Source: Marsupella aquatica
Taxonomy: Eukaryota; Plantae; Marchantiophyta
DNA: 64,000 bases
Direction: 5' to 3'
Assembly: GCA_973895155.1 (NCBI GenBank)
Contig: OZ316897.1
Coordinates: 124,001-188,000, forward strand
Below are positions 11,600 through 24,599 of this stretch, piece by piece (the first letter of the stretch is position 1; each line of letters begins with the position of its first letter). The notes below the pieces were generated by a model, which made no database searches, was not told the DNA's origin, and worked only from the letters and a program-made list of their open reading frames with translations. The translations under genes were made by a program, and so were the position numbers.

Positions 11600-14100
11600 G
11601 AGAAGGCCTTCACTCTTCCTTGCTATGCTGAAAAGTCTACACAAGAGGTTGATGATGTACTAATGACTTTGAGTTGGAGGGGAAAGGTCCCGGTCTGCTG
11701 GGGAGTCTGGAAAAATCTGTACTGTCTGAGGTTTATATAGCCTTTTGTGAGGCCTGGCGCATGGAAAGCCTTTCTACCAGTAGTGTCCAAAAAAGACCGG
11801 TCCGCCATGAAATTACAAAGGAACCATAATGCGAAGGAAATTGATAGTCTTTCCAGAAGCCTGCTATGTAAAAGACCTTCCCACAGATGCTACCTGATTG
11901 CCTTGCGAGTGGAGTTGGCCCATCCATTAGATCAATTGGTGCGCAACAATTGCACCATCTATGACCATACTTCTGTTTCATTTGGACAATACGACACATC
12001 CAAAAATATTTCTTACCTGCTGAGATTGTCTCCCCAACAACCTTATTCTTCCCTTTCCCTCCCTTCCCTTTTCCTGATCTAGTACTTGGAGCAGGATTAT
12101 CATCATACTCAAATGCAATTGCACAATCAGTGCCAACATCAACAAAACATGAGTTAGGATTGGCTTCTTGCACTTTTCTCTTGCCAGTACTATAGTATAA
12201 CACTTGTTTCACCCTTGTCAGCCTACCTTTTGACAAATGTGGATTGCCTGTACCAGCTGGCTTACTAGAGTGGACTTGTAAATCACCTTGCCTTCATAAG
12301 TAGCTGTCGGCACTACCTTGGTACGACTAGAGCTGCACATAGTTATCGCATGGACAACTGATCCGAACACATGCCTAATGTCTCAAGCTTGTCTGAGGGG
12401 TCTACATCAAACTGTAAGTCATCTTTGTGTTTGTCATCTGAATGCATCTCAGGAATAACAATGAGATCTGGTTCTGTTAACCATGCATCTATTCTATTTA
12501 GATCATCCTCAGGATCTTCCAATTCATGAAAGTCTCCAGTTGGGCGAGGACCTATGTCTGGTGGTTGGTTCTGGTGGTTGGTCCATTATTGCACAGATTA
12601 ACAGAAGTGTCCATGAAGGTCTATCATCGTAGAAAGTGATGACATCAAGTCAATTTTAAGCACTCCCTCAGAGGTGTAATTGTTGGGCATTTGTAAATAC
12701 TTAGCCAATTTGTTGACTCTCCAGAGAATATGCAGAGTTGATGGTTGGGTTCGGTCTTATTGGAGATGCGGGAAATTAATGAAACCTTTGCAAGAGCTGG
12801 AGTTATGGACCAGTCTCATTGATTACTATTGGTTTGTCTCCCTCACTCAAAATAATCGTTATAGTTGAAGATTGGTTAGCATCTTCATTCCATTGACAAA
12901 GTTTTATGAACCGCTCGTTAACTAAGCCACTTTGGAGGTTGCCTAGTGGGAAGGATTAGTAATCATGATTGCCGGCCACATTGCAGACCAAAATTTGGAC
13001 TCCCAGAATTACTAGATGATTTATTTGACTTAGCAAATCCAGAGTGCCAACTGCTCAGAGCTGATCCTATGAATTGACAGCCTCAGTCGGATTGCGAGTC
13101 TTCAATTGATCCACAACATGCACCGTCTCTTGCACTTTATCCTAGATTTCCTTGTACACCATCCGCTGATGATTCATTGCTAACTTGCACTAAAAAATGG
13201 ATGCAACAATATCAGTATTCGATCACAATCATGTTGCCCATCACCATAGGCATCCTTCACACTCACACTCTCAACATTCAAATCCTCCTTTAGCTTGGCT
13301 TGCATGAGGGGCAAATCCACACTCCCATGGAAAGTCTGTGGGGTGAGTTCTTGCTCTCCATTCCTCCTCTGCTCCATTGTTCTCCAAACCGGAAGATATC
13401 CCCCAACAACCTAGCCCTAGAGCCTGCCCTCTATGAGTGTGTTGCAATAGATGATGAATAGTTTCTGTCCAACTCCCTTGCTGCAAGCGTTGCTGAAGGT
13501 GCTCGACATCCCACACCGACCATCGTCATCTCTCAATCTTGGCTTTGGGTACCTAACAAAATAATGATGCTCTTTGTTGATGTAACTCTGCGGCTAATTC
13601 TCAAGGTGATCCTTAAAAAATGTGTCGGGACATTCAGAATGATGGCTTGTCAGAGTGATGCTCTTTGTGGCGGAAATTATGGGGCTAATTCTTGAGATGA
13701 TCCGTCAGATTATTTTTGGGAAATTAGGATATACTAGAATGCTAACGCCGACATACGCTATCAACGCTTCCATCATATTGAGTAACGGCAGCGGAGCTAA
13801 ATGATGCAAACAAATTTCTCTTCCCATTAACGGGATCAACGATTAATATTATCCGCAATTTTTGGAAAATTCATGTGGAGGACAGTCCTCACAGGGAACA
13901 ATTGCTTTCTCACTGGCTTTGTGCAACCAATCCATAATCTTTGCGAGAAGTTTCTCATCTTGTCTTTCCATTCTACTCTTCCAATCCTGAGAATATTACG
14001 ACCATTCCAGGGAAGGATGTTGGCCTTTGTAATCTGCTTGTGTGTTGGACTTAAATCCAACAAGGAGTTGACCCAAAACTTAGTGAAGCTTCTGTAATTC
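11600..14100 (-). mobile_element. Highly degenerate DNA-transposon-like remnant (superfamily uncertain)
   Basis: Broken - strand reading frames. ORF 11733-12236 (VDVGTDCAIAFE...KYFWMCRIVQMK) resembles the small beta-barrel-like C-terminal domain of the transposase at 39700-39950. No termini found. Confidence 0.3.
13195..13326 (-). pseudogene. Captured fragment of a plant BolA (BolA4-like) gene
   Basis: GSVDLPLMQAKLKEDLNVESVSVKDAYGDGQH, then DIVAS in a shifted frame, resembles my recollection of plastid BolA4 (…PLMQ…LNAESVxVKDAYGDGRHVSIDVxS…). Confidence 0.65.
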
Positions 14101-14269
14101 CACTGCCGAGTCGAGTAATCTCTCTCACTTGTGAAAGTTCAGATCCAACGATGGTTGTCTGATGTTTTCTGTTTACTTCTCATTTTGGATGCACTTTCGC
14201 TCAATTAACAACTAACCCTGGGATTCATTTGATGTCTGCCTGTGAACAATGAATGAAGCATGAACATGG

Positions 14270-15900
14270 AACTTGTCCATTTTGTCACCAAAACACCCGG
14301 GCGACCTGATTCTGGACCAAAACACCAGCACAATGATTCCAAAATTAATGTGAAGTACATCTATCCTAGACATCAAATGGAAGCTCTACACAAGAGTCAT
14401 GTATGGTGAGTTGGATAGTGATGTCAATTTGGGTCCTACTGGTGTCTGAATGGAGTTGGAACACGGATGGAGGTGAGTAATTGAAAGCGATGAGCACATT
14501 GAGGAAGCAGATTGAATGCGGGCGACAGGAATTCTTGATTGCCATGCGCCTCGACATTGTACATGTACAGGTTGAGTTGGTTTCAGGTGGCCAGTGATTG
14601 ACGTTAGCAACACTGAATGGTGGCTATGTTAGATGTGGATGTAGACCCGAGTGTAGATTAGCATTGAGTCTAGACAGTACACTATATATCACGATTGTTC
14701 ACATTGAATTAGTTTTAATCACCAAGCTTGGTCTCCTTTAATTTGTATGCCATTTCCCACATCCAAAATTGAATGGTGACACTTTTGATGCTAACGGAGT
14801 TTTAAGGTTTTAACATGAATGCTATAGCTACAAAAACATTTAACCAAAAATGTTATGGGAGTCTACGATTTAACTGAAAATATTGTGGGAGTCCAAACGC
14901 TAAAACTTGGAGACGATGCACCGCATGTAAGAAACAGGCGCGCTCTAAACAAGAGTCGTGTATGTGGGTTGGACAGTGAAGGCGATTTGGGTCCTAGGGG
15001 TGTCAGAATGGAGTTGGAACATGGATCTCCTGACAAAGTAACAAGGTATGAATACCACAACCATGGATGTAGTGCACAAAAGAAATTGAAGGCAAGGAGC
15101 ACATTGAGGAAGCAAATTCAAGGTGGCAGGAATTCTAAAAGGTCATGCGCCTCGGCATTGTGGGTGTGCGAGGGCAATGGGGCGATGAGTTGAGTTGAGT
15201 TGGTGGCAAGGGTGGTGATTTATGTTAGAAGCACTCAATGGTGGCTGGATCAGATGAAGGTAGGAAGTCCATTTTGTCACCAGAACACCAAGTCGCAATG
15301 CTTCCTGGCCAAAATACCAGCCCAACCATACTACAAAAGGAAAATTGAAGGCGATGAGCACATTGAGGAAAAATATTAAAGGCTGGCGGCATAAATTCTA
15401 GAAGGCCATGCGCCTCGGCATTGTGCGTGTGCTGGGGCAATGGGTTGAGTTGGTTTCAAGTAGCGATTGACATTAGCAACACTAAATGATGTTGTATTCG
15501 ATGTGGGTGTAGACTGGCATTGAGTCCAGTAAAAATTCTGGCTCCCAATTGTGCCACGTTTAATTACTTCTAATCAGTCAGCTTCGTCTCGTTTGCATTT
15601 CATTTCCCACATACCAAATTGAATGGTGACACTTTTGATGCTAACGGAGTTTGAAGGTTTCAACATGAACATTCTGCAAAAGAGTTTAACCAAAAATGTT
15701 ATGGGAGTGTAAGATTTCAATTGAGTCACCTTAAATGCTAGTGGTGCACAAACGTATAACAAAAATGTTATGGGAGTCTAAGGTAAACTCCCGTAAGTCA
15801 CGGTAATCAATACCATTGGAGTTTAAAGGTTTAAATAACAATGTTGTGAGAGTCCAAATGCTGAAACGTGGAGACCCTGCACCGCATGTAAGATACCGTG
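14270..15900. repeat. Non-coding region built from interleaved, duplicated sub-repeats
   Basis: ATTGAAxGCxAxGAGCACATTGAGGAA...CATGCGCCTCGxCATTGT occurs three times (~14480, ~15085, ~15343). CATTTCCCACAT...GACACTTTTGATGCTAACGGAGTTT occurs twice (14752, 15601). GTCCATTTTGTCACCA occurs twice (14276, 15267). Confidence 0.7.
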
Positions 15901-16024
15901 CACTACACTCCCTAAATATCCTTAAATGGCCTGAAGACCAGGCTCATTGCACGCGGAGTGAGCGGAAGATATGTACAACCTTGTTCACCATATACTTCAG
16001 GGCATTGTAATCAATATGGAAGAT

Positions 16025-17020
16025 TGTTACGCAAGAAGTAGGAATCCATGGCTAAGTTCTCCAAATGTAGATTGATCTTCCATTACCCTATAGGGACTTA
16101 TATTGTTTGGGTTTACAAGTGTGGTAGGTATTATTGTTGGAAACCGTAAGCTCAGACTAGGCAACAATGCGGAACATGAGAATACACACCTAAAACCTAA
16201 ACCCGAAACCCTAAACAAGACACCAATAATGGAGAAACTCTTGAAGGATCCATAGCTCATGAGAAAGAACATGTGAAGAATGAGGGAGAGAATGCTCTCC
16301 CTCCAACCTATACCCCCCAAGGGGGACTAAGATGTGTGGGCTAAATAAGTGGATCTTATCCTAAACTAACCAAGGCTCAACTAACCCTAGTAAGGCCAAA
16401 CTAACTAAAACCGGGAACTCGAGTCAATTCCTAACAATCTCCACCTTGGCCCCAGGTCACACAATGAGTCAGGTGATATACAATATGTAATTAAATAACA
16501 TATCTACAAAGTCACTGGTTTGGCCCTAACATTAATAATATCCACACAATGACTAAAGCTATTGGTAGGTAAAACTTTGGTAAGCATGTCTGTCGCGTTC
16601 TCCTCTGAAGCCACCTTCTCCAGAAACATCTACTTTGTCTCAATCACCTCACGGATGAAGTGATAACGAACACCAATGTGCTTTGTTCTAGTATGGAACA
16701 TAGGGTTCTTAGCTAGATGCAAAGCACTTTGACTATCACACAACAGCATCGGTCTCAGATCATTCACCAATCTCCGTAGCCAGATCAGCTCCTTGGTTGC
16801 CTCACAGGCAGCCATGTACTCAACCTCAGTAGTAGATAACGCAACACACGATTGAGTTGCCAACTTCCAGCTGATACAACCTCCACCCAGTATAAACACA
16901 TAGCCTTAAGTAGACTTTTTGTTATCCAAGTTACCAGCATAATCTAAATCTATAAAACCTTTCAACTCTAATGTAGAGTTTGCTTTACCATCAAATAGAA
17001 TCCCACAATCTAAGGTACCT
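16025..17020 (-). mobile_element. 5'-truncated Ty1/copia element: RNase H remnant, PPT and 412-bp 3' LTR (16025-16436)
   Basis: GGGCISWK...VALSTTEVEY...CDSQSALHLAKNPMFHTRTKHIGVRYHFIRE; PPT CAAGGTGGAGAT on - strand; LTR bounded by TGTTA...TAACA. Confidence 0.85.
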
Positions 17021-17029
17021 TTCACTACT

Positions 17030-17396
17030 TACACTTGACACTACATCACATTACATTATGAATAAGGCAGGATGGTAACACTCTTTCTTCCCAAAAGAAA
17101 GTAGGGGAGGTTTTAATGAGGTTACATCCCCCCATTTCTTCTCATTTTCAATAGGCCATATCTTAGAAATACAACACTTCCACTTCATATATAGTAGACT
17201 TGTTGGTTGCACCATAACATGTTTCCATGGTGCACCCAAGGGGGAGTGTTACAACCCAAGGTTAAGTCTACTATTAACCAAGGTTAAACCTCCACCTCTA
17301 GGTAGTTACACTAGCATCCTTAGTAACTACCTCTTGTATAAAGTCTTTTCCCATGAATGAGAAGATTGGTCATTTCCATGTTGTGGTGTTTCAACA
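17030..17396 (+). mobile_element. 3' end of a second LTR element: PPT plus short 150-bp LTR (17247-17396)
   Basis: AAGGGGGAG immediately followed by TGTT...AACA with an internal TATAAA. Confidence 0.65.
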
Positions 17397-17673
17397 ATCG
17401 TGACTTATTTCCCTACCAATCAGATCCGCCTAGCCATTTCCAGTGTCGCTAGCAAAATTTCCTGTTTTCTGGTTGAATTGACAGCCGAGGATTGAGGAAA
17501 ACAACTGCCAGATTGGCATTCCAGTGTCAAGAACATTAAATTTAGTGGTTGATTGCAGCCTGACTGTTTTTGGATTAATTCAAAGGAAGAATGGTGTCTT
17601 TCCACCAGACGTCTTCAACATCTCACCCAAGCAAATTCAAGCCAAAAAGAAGAGATAACAGATTAAGCGCAGC

Positions 17674-19771
17674 TACTATGGTAACAGCAGGAGTTTTTTT
17701 ATGATAGCAAGGTGTTCTCCTTCATTTGAATACTTACCTAATGCTCTGATTGTTATTACTTCTCTCTCAAGACCTTCTACACATGAATCTATTTTCTTGA
17801 AGTAGGCATGGGCCCAGCAGAAGCAACATACGCATGCTACTCCACTATTCCTTGCAGAACTATGCTCCCTTCTACATTCACGCGCACGGTCTATGAGCTT
17901 TCGTATTCAATGCCGTCAACGTAGCAAAGTTTCTACTGCAAATACAGTCCACTTTCCTGCCTTGTCCGATAATCCTTCACGAATGTACTGTACAGTGCAT
18001 CATTCCATTCTCGCGTCATTTGAGAATTATTCCCTTACGCCTTCCCTAACCCCAGAGTAGCTAACAAGCTTTCGAGCACGTTTCACGACCGAATCTGAGA
18101 AGCTCAGACAGTTGAGATGCAGATGGAACTTCATATCGTTTTGGTCGAATCCAGACTGAACTCCCTTTGAAGCAGAAGAACATGGCCACTTTACTAGAAT
18201 TGAATTATCTAATCTTCGACATGGATGTATTCGAAGATCTGAATACATCCATCAGTCTCGGCCAAAGGCTTCCTGCAAGTCGATGAACTCGAAGACTCAT
18301 TGCTTGAAGTTTTCTGCTGGTGGAGGTCGCCATCCGCGCATTTGATCTTTATGCCCTTGATTTTCGTCTCCTGTCACCAATGTGAGTTCCCTTCCAGTAC
18401 CATGTTCACAGCAAGGCAGCTACTGTATGCAAACTCTTCTTTTGATCTAAGGACAATACTCAACTAAGATGTCAAAAGAGGTTTCTACATATCAAGCCAA
18501 ATGCTTGATTTCACGCACCTATAATTTCGACACTCAAAACGAAACTTGCGTGACATTTCTCTTTACATGAAATGGTCTTTCAGCCAGAAGAGGCTAGGTA
18601 CAACCCCCAATTGCAGAATCTCAAAATTAATGTTACAGAATTGCGACACCCAAAACCTGATTGCATCTGCGCTGCCAGTGACTACTGATTTGAAGTCACT
18701 TTCCAGCCAGCCCAACACAGCTTACTATGGTAACAGCAGGAGTTTTTTTATGATAGCAAGGTGTTCTCCTTCATTTGAATACTTACCTAATGCTCTGATT
18801 GTTATTACTTCTCTCTCAAGACCTTCTACACATGAATCTATTTTCTTGAAGTAGGCATGGGCCCAGCAGAAGCAACAGACGCATGCTACTCCACTATTCC
18901 TTGCAGAACTATGCTCCCTTCTACATTCACGCGCACGGTCTATGAGCTTTCGTATTCAATGCCGTCAACGTAGCAAAGTCTCTACTGCAAATACAGTCCA
19001 CTTTCCTGCCTTGTCCGATAATCCTTCACGATAGTACTGTACAGTGCATCATTCCATTCTCGCGTCATTTGAGAATTATTCCCTTACGCCTTCCCTAACC
19101 CCAGAGTAGCTAACAAGCTTTCGAGCACGTTTCACGACCGAATCTGAGAAGCTCAGACAGTTGAGATGCAGATGGAACTTCATATCGTTTTGGTCGAATC
19201 CAGACTGAACTCCCTTTGAAGCAGAAGAACATGGCCACTTTACTAGAATTGAATTATCTAATCTTCGACATGGATGTATTCGAAGATCTGAATACATCCA
19301 TCAGTCTCGGCCAAAGGCTTCCTGCAAGTCGATGAACTCGAAGACTCATTGCTTGAAGTTTTCTGCTGGTGGAGGTCGCCATCCGCGCATTTGATCTTTA
19401 TGCCCTTGATTTTCGTCTCCTGTCACCAATGTGAGTTCCCTTCCAGTACCATGTTCACAGCAAGGCAGCTACTGTATGCAAACTCTTCTTTTGATCTAAG
19501 GACAATACTCAACTAAGATGTCAAAAGAGGTTTCTACATATCAAGCCAAATGCTTGATTTCACGCACCTATAATTTCGACACTCAAAACGAAACTTGCGT
19601 GACATTTCTCTTTACATGAAATGGTCTTTCAGCCAGAAGAGGCTAGGTACAACCCCCAATTGCAGAATCTCAAAATTAATGTTACAGAATTGCGACACCC
19701 AAAACCTGATTGCATCTGCGCTGCCAGTGACTACTGATTTGAAGTCACTTTCCAGCCAGCCCAACACAGCT
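17674..19771. repeat. 1049-bp direct tandem duplication of the 3' UTR/downstream region of gene B
   Basis: Units 17674-18722 and 18723-19771 differ at only a few positions; identical ORFs at 18027 and 19076; CAGCT microhomology at the junction. Confidence 0.95.
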
Positions 19772-19783
19772 TTCAATCTGGGT

Positions 19784-22721
19784 TCACCAGTAATCACCAC
19801 AAGAACACATTCCATCTTTAAAATGGTGGAACCGATTTGCATCCCTTGCAATAATCTCGCGTCCGGTCACCTTAGAGATATACTTGGTTGCTGAGTGGCA
19901 ATCTGAACACACCCGAAGGTTCTTACTTACACGAATAGGTTCTCCCCAAGGTAGATGCATAAGTCCGTAAGCAATAGCCAACTTCTCACTATGAGAGCAA
20001 AGGGCTAGCTCTTTATCCTCTTCATTGATATCATGCAATACAAGCTGGGTATCCGGAATGTAGCCTTCCGCCTTCAGTTTTTCAGTCAATTTATTCAGCT
20101 CAGTATAGATCGCCTCCGCTTCTGGGTGAGATGTATCCCCCACCACAAATTCATGGATCTTGTTATGAACTTCGATCCAGCTACGTCCTGGCTCCTTCCG
20201 AACACCTCTCTCTTGCATCATAGTCCGCACAGATGACACCTTCTCCCACTTCCCAGCTGCAGCATAGATATTGGAGAGCAGCACATATGTAGAGGCCTTA
20301 CCGGGTTCCAACTTGAAAAGCTCGTTAGCGGCCAGTTCACCCAGCTCCACGTTACCGTAAGTTCTACAAGCCCCAAGCAAGGCTGTCCAAGTTACAAAAT
20401 CTGGTTCGATCGGCATCTCACTGATGAACTGCTTTGCTTCTTCCACGTGTCCCGCCCGCCCAAGAATATCCACCATGAGGTTATAGTGACAAACAGTACG
20501 CTCGATACCATAATCTTGCGTCATAGCAGAAAAGATTCTACGGCCATCATCAACAAGGCCTCCATGAGAACACACTGACAACACAGCTATGAATGACGTC
20601 TCGGTGGGCTTCACATGGTCTGCATTCATTTGTCTGAAAAGTTCCAGGGCTTCCTGCCCATATCCGTGTTGTGCAAGTCCACCGATCATTATGTTCCAAG
20701 TGACTACATCGCGTTTCTCCATTCTGTTAAAAACAAGTCGGGCGTCAGCTATACTGCCACTCTCTGCATACATGTGAACGAGTGCACTACCCACACGCAA
20801 ATCCGACTCCAGTCCGGCTTTGCTAGCGTGGCCATGAACCTCCTTCACCCACTCCAAAGCTCCCGCACTTGGAGATGCATTCAGGATGCTCACATAAGTG
20901 ATTTCATCTGGTTCGAAGCCTTGGCGTCTCATTTCAAGAAACATTCGATATGCTTCATGCCCAGATCCATGTTGTGCAAGCCCTCCTATCATTACAGTCC
21001 ATGTGATTACATCGCGTTTCTCCATTCTGTCAAAGACCAGTCGGGCATCATCTATACTGCCAATCTTCGCATACATGTGAACCAGTGCATTACCCACACG
21101 CAAATCCGACTCCAGTCCGGCTTTGCTAGCGTGGCCATGAACCTCCTTCACCCACTCCAAAGCCCCCGCACTTGCAGATGCATTCAGGATGCTCACATAA
21201 GTGATTTCATCTGGTTCGAAGCCTTGGCGTCTCATTTCAAGAAACATTCGATATGCTTCATGCCCAGATCCATGTTGTGCAAGCCCTCTTATCATTACAG
21301 TCCATGTGACTACATTGTGTGTCTCCATTCTCTCAAAAACAAGTCGGGCGTCATCTATACAGCCACTCTTTGCATACATGTGGACCAGTGCAGTGCCCAC
21401 ACGCAAGTCTGACTCCAGTCCTACTTCGGCAGCATGGCCATGAATCTCCTTCACCCACTCCAAAGCCCCCGCACTTGCAGATGCATTCAGGATGCTCAGA
21501 TAAGTGATTGCATCTGGTTTGAAGCCTTCCCGTCTCATTTGGAGGAATAGTCGATATGCTTCGTGCCCACATCCATGTTGTGCAAGTCCTCCTATCATTA
21601 CATTCCATGTGATTACGTCGCGTTTCTCCATTCTGTCAAAAACCAGTCGGGCGTCACCTATGCACCCACATTTAGCGTACATCAGTACGAGAGCAGACCC
21701 TACACGCACGTCCGATTCAAAGCCGGCATGTCGAATACCCTGATGAATTTTTTTTCCCCAATTGAGAGCTAATGGGCTTGAACATGCATTCAGGATGCTC
21801 AGATACGTGATCTCATTCGGCTTCACGCCTTCTTGGCGCATTAGATTGAAAATTTCGAGTGCAGATTCAGCATGATCACTCCTAGCGTATCCCGCAATCA
21901 TGCTGGTCCAAGTAATAACACTCTTCTTCTGAATTTGATCAAAAACTCTACGTGCATCCGATAAACCTCCGCATTTGATATACACATTCAAAAGCGTGAT
22001 TGCCACATATGGATTTTCATGAATTCCACTCTCGATGATGCAATCATGAATTTGCTTGGCTCCTGAAAGGTCTTTCTGTTGCAAGCACATTTGCAGAACT
22101 TTAACATATGTGTACGAGTCTATAGCAATGCCTCGCTGTAGACGATCTTTCAACATAGCAATTGTTTGACCCGTGGTACCAGGATGCATATGCCTACTGC
22201 CAATCCCTTTTGCAGTGACTTGAGACCGATCTCTCGTGCAATAACTAACATTAGATGGAAATCTGCAGTGAGTAACCAAATTCGCCCTTGCCTTAACCCA
22301 CGCTGGGGTTGACCATCCATCCACCCAAAGTGCTAGTCTTGTCAACTTCTGATTGAACTCAGGTGCTCTGGGCTTCCTCTGTCAGCACCACAACCCACGA
22401 TCAGATCTGCTACCAGGATAAAATCCAGGAGATTCCACGAGGTGCAATGAATTTTTAGTTATTTCTTGACGACTATGTTTCCAGTGATCTTTCTACAATG
22501 AGTGTTCAGAAATGGAGAGCAGACCGGTAAGCCTCTCGAGTTCTAGGGTGCATTCCTACCTCCGTCCAAAGATGTATTTTCTTGTCTCCCTTGCTCTGCT
22601 GTGATCTTTGGTACAGATAACTTGCAAAAGTTAAATGACTCCTTTCCAACTGAAAGTAACGGCTATCTGTCAAGTATGCAATGATCTTAGAATAGAATAT
22701 TGAAATAATTGTGAAAGGCAT
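19784..22721 (-). CDS. PLS-class PPR-E1-E2-DYW protein B (17 PPRs); exons 22721-22560 and 22378-19784, ~918 aa
   Basis: Same architecture as A with intact PGRSWIE, HSEKLA, CSDCH and DYW. The ORF-track start at 22345 is TTG; the conserved upstream exon supplies the ATG in frame. Confidence 0.93.
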
Positions 22722-24599
22722 ATCCAGGTATCAATAAGCTCGTTCCTTCTCCGGTATTTCACTGTACCCACAGAAAGGACAGAGTCAAGAGCCTATCGAA
22801 TTGGTACTAAAATACTTCAGCCAGAAGTCACATGTTATCCTTGGGTTGTGTACAGGCAAGACTCTTAGGGCATCTTGACAGGCGTGCATTTGTGGGTCGC
22901 CTACACTGTCCTTTCTGTGCTATACACAAACCAGAATCTCAGGTTTCTGAAAAGAGACTACTTAGAAATAAAGCCTAGCCATCATCTGTAGAATCCATCG
23001 TGATTAGACGCAGATGACATGAACGTGAAAGCGCTTCCCTCCCTCTCCTACAATTCAGAAATAAAGGCTATCCAGCATTCTTTAACTTGGCTCTTATACA
23101 ATCCGTCAAGAGACACATGCGACATGAATGTAACAGCCTCCGCCCCACCGCCCCCCCCCCCCACCCCTCCACCCTGTGTTTCTTAACATGAAAAAAGAAT
23201 CAAACTTGAAGTTCAACTCAAGTCTTGATCACATAAGCCTTATAGCAGGAAATTCCCGCAACCATAAATGTCACACCGTGGTGTTGGAACAAGAGTTTCT
23301 GTTTAAAAGTAGGTACGCATAACGTTGAAATCGCTCTACGGTCTCATTACCTGAAGGCCTTGTACAAGAACAATGGCGGATGCCAATACCAATCAAACCG
23401 GAAGATGAAGGATAAACTCTGCAAATCAAACGTCTTTGTTGAGAATGTATTCAAGGTCGTTTGGTCACATCAAATCTAACAAAATGACATGCATACAAAA
23501 TTAATCATACCTGGCTGAGGACTGTTGCCTAAAGCGGTCCATATCCAAAAGTTCCATCGAGTCAGCTCCGTTCCCGTGCCGGAAATACGGAGCTCAATGG
23601 TACAGTTTTGAGAAATACGATCTTACCTGTTTGACAAAGGTTCCAATCAGTCTAAGTAGTGCAATCTTGCAGAGCCCTCAAATTTCAAGTCTCATCTTTC
23701 CTTCCCCATGGACTAAGGAAAGAAAATTCATTACGCGAAGGCTCTGTTGGGGAAACCTTGCCCGGGCAGTGGAATCTCAGCTCAGCGTAACAGTAGGAGG
23801 AAGCCCTAGAAGCATAGCAGTAGCGGTATCTTCTCCAGGATCAATTCCTCCGGCTGGACTCTTTTACGAATCATCCCAGCTTTGCCATCAAAACTTGAGA
23901 ATCAAAACTACAAGTTTTGGAGAAGAAAAAGTATGAGAAGATCTTCCATCCAAACCCCAAAGCAACCCACCGTCATACCTGCACATTGCCCTCTGAAAAA
24001 TTATGGCGCGAGTGCTCTTGTTTATCGCCCTCCAAGAAAGAACCTTTTCCAACTAAAGTGTCCTGCATACCAAACGAAGAATTGACGACATTTCTTCAAA
24101 GAAGAACTTGTGAACAAGTGTTATGCAGACCGTGTAAGTAGCAAATTGGGCAGGCTCGACAATTCGTTCAGAACAACAAGTTGAAGCAAGTGGCAACAAA
24201 ATTGATCTAGATTGTGACGGGAAATCAGGAGACGGGCAGCAGGAGACGTCATGCAAGAAATGAGCAGGACTTAACCAGGATGGACAGTATCCCGGGCTGA
24301 AAAAGAGATTCTGTCCCGCTGGGCGCTCAGAGGTGAGAAGTATAGTTGCCCAGCAATCTAAGGTCGAAACGCAGAAGGACATCCAGTATACCTAGGGCCT
24401 TACTAGGAATTCTATGCCCAAAGGACATGACGAGAGGCCGTGTAAAAGTGGTAACGCGAACCTAACAGGGATCACTAGATTCGTCACCATGTAGCTACGC
24501 ACAGCTCGATACCAACTCCCCGAGAAGCAACTATAGCAATTCAGCAATCCGAAGCCACTACGACAAGTAATTCTTAGCAGATTGTGAATTCTACAAGGA

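Larger units (their letters stand above)
5130..11885 (+). repeat. Segmental duplication unit A (upstream region, PPR-DYW gene, downstream region)
   Basis: Colinear with 49810-56691 (direct) and, over ~5225-11040, with 24597-17593 (inverted). Confidence 0.9.
17593..24597 (-). repeat. Segmental duplication unit B (inverted relative to A and C)
   Basis: Reverse-complement similarity to 5225-11040 across upstream, coding and downstream sequence. Confidence 0.88.

Noticed and set aside
20615-21412. 265-aa ORF antisense to gene B, and similar short antisense ORFs over A and C
   Set aside because: Shadow frames of the repetitive PPR coding sequence with no independent protein features.
22343-22345. 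Apparent TTG start or start-codon loss in gene B
   Set aside because: Explained by the conserved upstream exon that splices in frame.
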